Source: Ramazzottius varieornatus (lineage: Eukaryota > Animalia > Tardigrada). From it: a stretch of DNA of 64,000 bases. The position numbers and the translations under genes were made by a program. Below are positions 57,536 through 64,000 of the stretch, piece by piece (the stretch's first letter is position 1; each line of letters opens with the position of its first letter). The stretch is taken from assembly GCA_001949185.1 (NCBI GenBank), contig BDGG01000003.1, forward strand, positions 4,585,092 to 4,649,091, given 5' to 3'. The notes under the pieces were generated by a model. It was given only the letters and a program-made list of their open reading frames with translations. It searched no databases and had not been told where the DNA came from.

Positions 57536-58516
57536 TTTCAACCTGAGTGCGGCGGACCGAAGGAGTCTATGCTTCTGAGATACAGATGCAGGTTACCAGT
57601 CTTCCGACGAGGCAGTGGGTGCCCTGGATCTCTGCGTCCAAACTCTCCTAATCACGTCAGCAGATGTCACTTCCGGTTGCGATGAACAAGCATAACCAAA
57701 GGACGAGGTCCAGCCCGCCAGTCCCGCACCGTTCTAACCTACACAAGAACATATCCTATACAGAAAACTTGACAGAGATCCGTCACAACTGGATTAATCT
57801 GACTTACCTTCCTCACAGATGTTCTTCTTAATTGGAGGTCAGCCAAATCCGTCTGCAGTCAGGCTACGTATCCTGAAGCTGAGCTGTGCCCAATGAGGGC
57901 GCCGCCAGGAGGGGGATCAGCCGGAACTCCGGCACCTATAGAAACCAAAGAGTCCAGCTCCGACTCCAGAAACTGGATAGTAAGAAGGATGATTGAAGGA
58001 GACGACCCGGAATTACGTGGCACTGGCAGAAGTGATTATGATTAAGACGGGACAGGTAAGTTTTGGCACGGTAATTGCGATACTGATTTGATCCGTCTCA
58101 TCTGGTCATTCATCTTGGAAAGTGCACTTGATTGTTCGATTACTTGCAGTCAATATTTTGTTGGATACCGGATCGTCCGCTTGATTGTATATTTAGTCGT
58201 CTCGACATGCTTGTCTTTCTGTTACACGCAATTTGCTCAATGAAAATACCTGTTTTGATGATGTTGAATCCGTTATAACTGTCTGCGTTTGTTTCGAACT
58301 TTGTCATGTGCTTTGAGTCTTTGACCGACAACCTGAAGTATCTCATCTCCGTTCGCCGGTTGGAATGTTATGAACTGTGAGTTGTTTTAGATACCGCGAA
58401 CCGCGGAGGATCTCAGCTTTCCTGTCAATGATGGGACTTTGAACTCTAGGCTTATCGGCCACAGCATCCAGGAGATCAGCTGGACGCTTGTCTGACCCAT
58501 CTGTCGTCTGTCGACA

Positions 58517-59248
58517 ATGAATCCGCACAAGACACAGTCCATTCCCAAGGCCGCGCAAGATGTCAGAAGGCTGGTCGAGAAAATATCCGGCAAATCCGTC
58601 GAGCAGGGAGTGACGGAACGCTTGGTTGACTTTGCTTATGGTATGTACACGCGCCTGGCGTAACTATTGGCATGGACAAAGCAGTTTACGGACGGCCGAA
58701 AGTGGCAACACACATTAATTTCAGCTCGCCGCTTTCGGCCGTCTGCCAACAATTTTGTCCATGCCAACAGTTATGTCAGACGTGTGTACTGTAACTAAAT
58801 CACTTGATGCATGCAATCTGCGTCATTCGACCACGCTTTCCCTTACAGAATATGTAGCGGAACTATTGTCAGATGCCCGACAGATCTCGCAGTACCTGGG
58901 AAAGAAGGAAATCGACGCAGAAGATGTTCGCTTGGCCAAGGAGATGGCTGACAAGGAAGTGAATTATGGGCCTCGGCCGAGCAAACAGGTACTCGTTCGT
59001 ACTACTTTGCACGATGCGAGAGACAGTCTTCTTAAAGATCTCCTCAAACACGTGTTGTAACGGCATGTTTCTGCGTTTAGGTGCTGCTGAATATTGCCCA
59101 GAAAGTCAACGAAATTCCCTTACCTGCAGTCAAGTCGACCATCTTTGGTTTGCGACTTCCGCCTGACCGTTTCTGTATGACCACAGCAAACTACCAAACG
59201 ATAGATGTGGCCAACAACTTCTCCCACGTTCAGAACGGGAGCAAGTGA
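58517..59248 (+). CDS. TAF9: TFIID subunit TAF9-like histone-fold protein
   Basis: PKAAQ..LVDFAY|EYVAELLSDARQISQYLGKKEIDAEDVRLA..PRPSKQ|VLLNIAQKVNEIPLP..GLRLPPDRFCMTTANY. Confidence 0.85.
58667..58767. repeat. Palindromic element family C (GGCATGGACAAA...TTTGTCCATGCC), representative
   Basis: Perfect outer IR ttggcatggacaaa/tttgtccatgccaa and inner IR gacggccgaaag/ctttcggccgtc; related copies at ~37933-38046 and 45476-45588, half copy at ~62391. Confidence 0.7.
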
Positions 59249-59791
59249 CTGGAGGTTTAACCTAGAAGCGAAAGGAAATCGCGTTACGGAAGATACACTG
59301 CCATCTGGCTTTTTCGGCTCGATTATTTTGCTGCTTTTCTTGTTTACGCACCTTATTTCTAATCGACGTGTTTTCTATTTATACACGTAGTCGACTCGTT
59401 CAGTTTTCGAAAAGACAGTTGTTATAACTACTACAGTACAGAGAAGAACTTCAAGACGTTGAGCAGTTGAACCCTAGAAAAGAGTTTTCCGCTACGAATC
59501 TAGCTCGTACGTATATTCGACAAACAGAAACCTCGTACGTAGGTACTAGTTTTAAAACTAAAACAAATTCGGCTGCGGTGAAGTCGATAAGTGCGAACGA
59601 CTAACAAGTAGAATTCACGATAAGAGCGCTTCTCTGTGACGAAATACCAAAGACAGAAACTATCTCGAAAAGAGTGACAGGAATGACGACAAGATAAAGT
59701 ACCACGTGTAAAAACCATGAATGCCTTTGCTTTGTGTCAGAACATACTTCCTTATAACGATCTCTCTTCCTACAGCTGCCTCGGACTTCAC

Positions 59792-61898
59792 CTAGCGTCG
59801 GCTGGGGTAGAAGATTGGTCCGTTCTGCGCTAGGTACTCGCACAAGTGCGCTGGGATCTTCTCCAGACAGGTCTCGTACGGGACGAACTCGTTGGGCGAG
59901 CCCGCATAGTTGATGAGAAAGTCCACATCTTCCAGCCGCTTGATCTCCAGCTCCTTCGGCTTGTGCGCCAGAATCTTGACCACTTGCGTGTTGCGATCCA
60001 TGGCTGATCTCTTGGTCGCAGTGAAATGAATACTCTTCTGAAGACCAAACGAGAATTTAGACACTGCATGAAAGAAACCATTTCCAATTGATTCCATTCA
60101 AGCTTACCGGGGAAATGGTCGAAGTGGGCGAGCTTCCATCAGTAGCCTGGAAGAAGATCGTTCGTATACAGAGAAGCACGTCCGACTTTCGAGATTTGGG
60201 CATGAAACAGTCGCGACAAGACCGGTTTTCTGAATGGCAGACCCTTTCAGTCGAAAACATTGGAAAGGTGCGCCACTTGGGAAAGGACTTTTGCCGAATC
60301 TGATTGTTTCCCAAGTGGCGCACGCCTTCTGTGTTATTGGCTGGGAGTGTGCGCCACCTGGAAATGCTACTTTGTCGAACTCTCACCTAAGTTTTCCACT
60401 TCTAAGACACTCACCATCGATTTAGCAGCGGAAGTGATGATAGGAGTACGCAGGGGAGTAGGAGACTTCGACGGACTGAAGACGGACTCGGATGAAGCAG
60501 CTCGTTCTCTTCGTTTCGCAGAAGACGGAGGAAGTCCTGCTTTCCGTTTTGGCGAGGACTGGCTTTCAGCAGAAGTCTGCAGCTGAGGCTTGTTCCGAGG
60601 TGGCCTAATCTGCGAGCTCTTTGCTTGTTGAGTTGGTTCGTCATCGTCACTTACAGTCTTAGACTTGGCCTTGGCGTCCCTTTCCTTTCTTCGCTTTTCC
60701 CGTGCCTCCGCTTCTTCTTCCTCCTTCCTCGCATTTTCAGCTTCCGCCTTCTGTCGGTTCTTCGTCGCCTGCTCCTCAGCTTCCTTCTTCTTCTGTTCGT
60801 ACTTCTCGTCCTGCCGCTTCTTCTGCAGTTCTTTCATGGCTTTCTTCTGCGCCTTCTCTTGCTCAGCCTTCTTCTTTCTCTGTTGCTGGCGCTCTTCGTA
60901 CTCTCTGACCAAGTCCTGACAGTGCTGGACGTTCTCTTCAACCTCCCAAGTATCATCCCACTCGTCACCCTTCCACTTCACCAAGTATTCTCGAGCGTTG
61001 TTGGCCACCCGAGCACCGACTATGGCCTCGACTTCCCAGTGATCTTCCCCTTCAACAAGCCCACCTTCCTCACTGTCACTGTCCTCTGCGTTCTTCTTTC
61101 CCTTTCGGGCTTTGCCATTTTGTGTTTTCTTGTTCTTACTGTCTGAAGACTTTTCGACCGATGGTTCTTCTGGGTAATCAAGAGCTCGCTTTTGACCTCG
61201 CTGAGCAGCTTGGTTCTTCTTACCTGCCGACTTTTGAGACTTGCTCGTCGAAGACGACGCATCGTCCAGCTCACGCTGAGAATCCCCAGCTGTAGAGTTG
61301 AATGTATCGTGAATATCATCTGCGGCCTTTCTAACACTCGCTCGAGTGGTTCTCGACGGTACGGTTTCAAGGCTGCCATCAGCGGATTCACCAGAATGGC
61401 TCATTAAATCTGAAACAGCAAGAAGGATGCGTCAAAGACGGTAAGCACATCCTTCGTGCACGTTCACACTCGACATCGCATCAACATTCTTGACGATTTG
61501 TATGCAGGAGCAGAGAGAGTCTCTCTAGCAGAACGCCGCAGAAACATAGAGAATCGCCCAAAAGTGCACATATCTTCCGTGCACCTGCGTACACGAAAGA
61601 TTGCTTCGTTTACGGGTGAATGTACGCAGGTCGCCTTACCGACTGGCGAGCTAGAGTCAAGAGGTGTCGGCGAATGATTTCGTTTCAGAAACTTGGCCTT
61701 CTTGTTCTCTGTAGGAGAGATTGCTTGAGAAGTAGAAGCATCGTTGTCCTTATTGTAGCTGATGTCCTTGCTTGGACGAAAAGACCGGCTGGCTAAAGCG
61801 GATATTGGCGCATCTGCATACGGTGGCGCAGTGCTGACTGGGCGCTGGCTACCATCGGTGGGAAAAGATTTGCGACTTAACTGAAGAGCAGGAGCCAT
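59792..61898 (-). CDS. HP1-like chromodomain plus chromoshadow-like protein
   Basis: WEVEAIVGARVANNAREYLVKWKG..TWEVEENV..C.DLVREYE; C-terminal VDFLINYAG..EFVPYETCLEKIPAHLCEYL; phase-1 intron at about 61410-61638 joins the N-terminal ORF. Confidence 0.75.
61583..61631. repeat. Palindromic element family B (ACCTGCRTAC-N28/30-GTAYGCAGGT), representative
   Basis: Other copies at ~2217, 5038, 32433 and 46763; all intronic. Confidence 0.7.
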
Positions 61899-62660
61899 CT
61901 TCTACTCCGGAAGTTGGTAAAGGGGCAACCTCCGTCCAGCTCGAAGAGTTTCCACGAGAACGTCTGAAAATCAAACAGTTGCAGGGGGTGCATTTTACCA
62001 ATTCAGCACAACTTCCTTTGCTTACCTTTGCCGAACTTCCAGGTGCCTCTTGAGTATGTACGATTAGTTCAGCCCAAAGTTTCCTCGAGGGTCCAACAGG
62101 GTGCTCGCGAGATGTGCAAAACAGAAGAGAAGCAAGAAAAGTAACAGAGAAGATGGAAAAGAAAATAGAAAACGAAAATTCGTCGAGAAAATCAATTTTG
62201 AAGTGAAGTCGAAGCTTGTGCCGGACCACAGCTCGGCTGGTTTGCTAGTCCGACCCGATCGAGCTGGTGTGTAAGACGTTGTCAGTTAAGTTACAGGGCA
62301 GGACTGGTCCGGTTACAGTTAAACCGTTACGAGAATCGACTCAAGCCGAATTTGTGTACGAGTACCGATTCACGCTACAGGGCGGGCCCTAAAATTTTGT
62401 CCATGCCCAACATTAGGTAAAGTACGATTACTGTACAACGCGATTAGCGTTCGAAGCTTTGATTTTTGATTGAGGCGATTGTTGAAGTCTTGAAACTGAT
62501 TTTAATCCCGTTTTCCTTCTATGTGCTTGTGGTCGTGGACTGTGGACTAGCGCCATTCTCACGGCTTTCTTGGCGTCGTATCTCGCTGCATTCGTAGCTA
62601 AAGTCATATCGCAAATAGGTTTTCGTGCGAAAGCATGCTAGAGGGTTGTTACTTTCGGGA

Positions 62661-63638
62661 ATGGCGAAGCTCAGCGGAGTAGAAATTATCATTATAATCG
62701 GAGTGGGATTCGCCGTCTTCGTCATCTTATTCATCGTCGCTCATCGCCAGATTGCTCGTTTCAAAGTTCGGGATCTCTTGTCCAAGCCCCTCCTTCGTGC
62801 TACCCAGTTAGGAGCCTCACCAGCACATATAGCTTACATCCAGCGCCGTGTTGGAGAGATGTTAGACCTGGACGTTCAGCCTCAAATGTGGGACGATCAC
62901 TGGCTCCAGTACTTCAAGCTGGATGAGGGAGCTCCCAACTACGTTCCCCGGGCCAAAGCGCTAGACTTCTGCGTTCTTCTGAAGCTCGAACTACTCAGAT
63001 TCGGACGTCAGTTCGACTGGACAGCATTCGAAGACTTGGGAGAATATTTCGAGCGATTAAAGTCCGAATATCCGATTGATCAAATCCCACCTCAATCAAT
63101 CGCTGATCTCTGCAGATTGTACCGTATGGCTCGCTTTGACGAAGCTGAATTTGGTGAGCCAGAGAGTGATCGGATGATACGGACTACGCGGGAAATCCTC
63201 GGATACCTTCGTTTCCTCAACACCTACCCTCCTCCCGCTGGCTCAGACGCAGTTCTAAATGATCACTCAAACAATTTAGCAGGTACATCAGCCCCACCTA
63301 GTCCAGTATCCACAAACCCAGGGGCCGGTGGAAGTCGACGAGAGTCCAGTCTTCGGGAACGCGAGAAGGAGAAGGCCGCTTCCAAGAAGTTTCTCAAAGG
63401 CTATGAACTGCTGGAAAGCGATGCGGGAAGCATGGCTGGATCTGTCTTGACGAAGAAAGAGAGGTCGATAGGATCGCTGGCTAAGCTGAAGCGAGCGAAG
63501 AAGACTAAGCAGAAGATGGCTCACCCGTCTACTTCTTGGGAGGAGGAAGTGCCTTTACATACGTTCCATGATAACCCTCTGATAAACTTTGAGCCTACAA
63601 GTACTTCTTCCTCGAATTTGAAAGATCAGATAGTATAG
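62661..63638 (+). CDS. C1orf43/NICE-3-like membrane protein, single exon
   Basis: LSGVEIIIIIG..FVILFIVAHRQIARF, RAKALD, LYRMARFDEAEFG. Confidence 0.75.
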   Translation: MAKLSGVEIIIIIGVGFAVFVILFIVAHRQIARFKVRDLLSKPLLRATQLGASPAHIAYIQRRVGEMLDLDVQPQMWDDHWLQYFKLDEGAPNYVPRAKALDFCVLLKLELLRFGRQFDWTAFEDLGEYFERLKSEYPIDQIPPQSIADLCRLYRMARFDEAEFGEPESDRMIRTTREILGYLRFLNTYPPPAGSDAVLNDHSNNLAGTSAPPSPVSTNPGAGGSRRESSLREREKEKAASKKFLKGYELLESDAGSMAGSVLTKKERSIGSLAKLKRAKKTKQKMAHPSTSWEEEVPLHTFHDNPLINFEPTSTSSSNLKDQIV

Positions 63639-64000
63639 TGCGTTCATTTTCAATCAAATCGTTTTCCTTCCGATGTGCTCTAGCCTCTTGAAACAAACTT
63701 GACCAGCTCATTTTCCCAAGTGGCGCATGGGGTCAGCCAAGAGAACCCAGAACGTGCGTCATGTGGGAATACGATCTGGTGAGTTTGTTTGTCGAGTTGC
63801 CATTTCGCGATCTCTGACGTCCTTTTCTGTGATGTTTAGATTCTGCTTCATCCCCGACGGCTCAATAGAGATGGCAAAGAAAGAAATCTCGTGCGTGTGA
63901 TTGCTGGTGGCTGATGGGCAGGCTGAACAGTCGAACTGGTCAATCACGTTTCGGTTCTTTCCGGCCCATTGTAGAAGATGGATGTGGTTCGTCACGATGG

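Noticed and set aside
60411-61407. Hydrophobic antisense and alternative-frame ORFs over the HP1-like gene
   Set aside because: Shadows of the K/E/Q-rich coding strand

Overview
Gene-dense (about 20 genes in 64 kb) segment of a compact invertebrate genome with mostly 55-110 nt GT-AG introns. Recognisable multi-exon genes in order: FKBP4(+), CUB-trypsin protease(+), ULK3(-), PIGN(+), an orphan gene(-), NUP88(+), ABCC1/MRP-type transporter(+), ALG6(+), SPCS2(-), AKT(+), FAM173-type methyltransferase(+), FIS1(-), a divergent ZnT7-like CDF paralog(-), DCAF1-like(-), TMEM186(+), ZnT7(-, spanning an N gap), TAF9-like(+), HP1-like chromo/chromoshadow protein(-) and C1orf43/NICE-3(+). The non-coding features are the most interesting. 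(1) A cluster of three pre-miRNA-like hairpins with the miR-35/36 seed (UCACCGGG) lies antisense in the large ABCC intron. (2) About 35 loci of a ~110-bp palindromic element (GTGGCGCAC-N25-GTGCGCCAC, near-invariant spacer length) sit almost only in introns; two further palindrome families also occur, so most long introns carry a fold-back insert. (3) There are two hAT-type elements and one Tc1/mariner-type TIR element with TSDs. (4) ACCGGAAGT and TGATTGA motifs recur. All gene names come from recognising motifs by eye; no database search or folding calculation was run.
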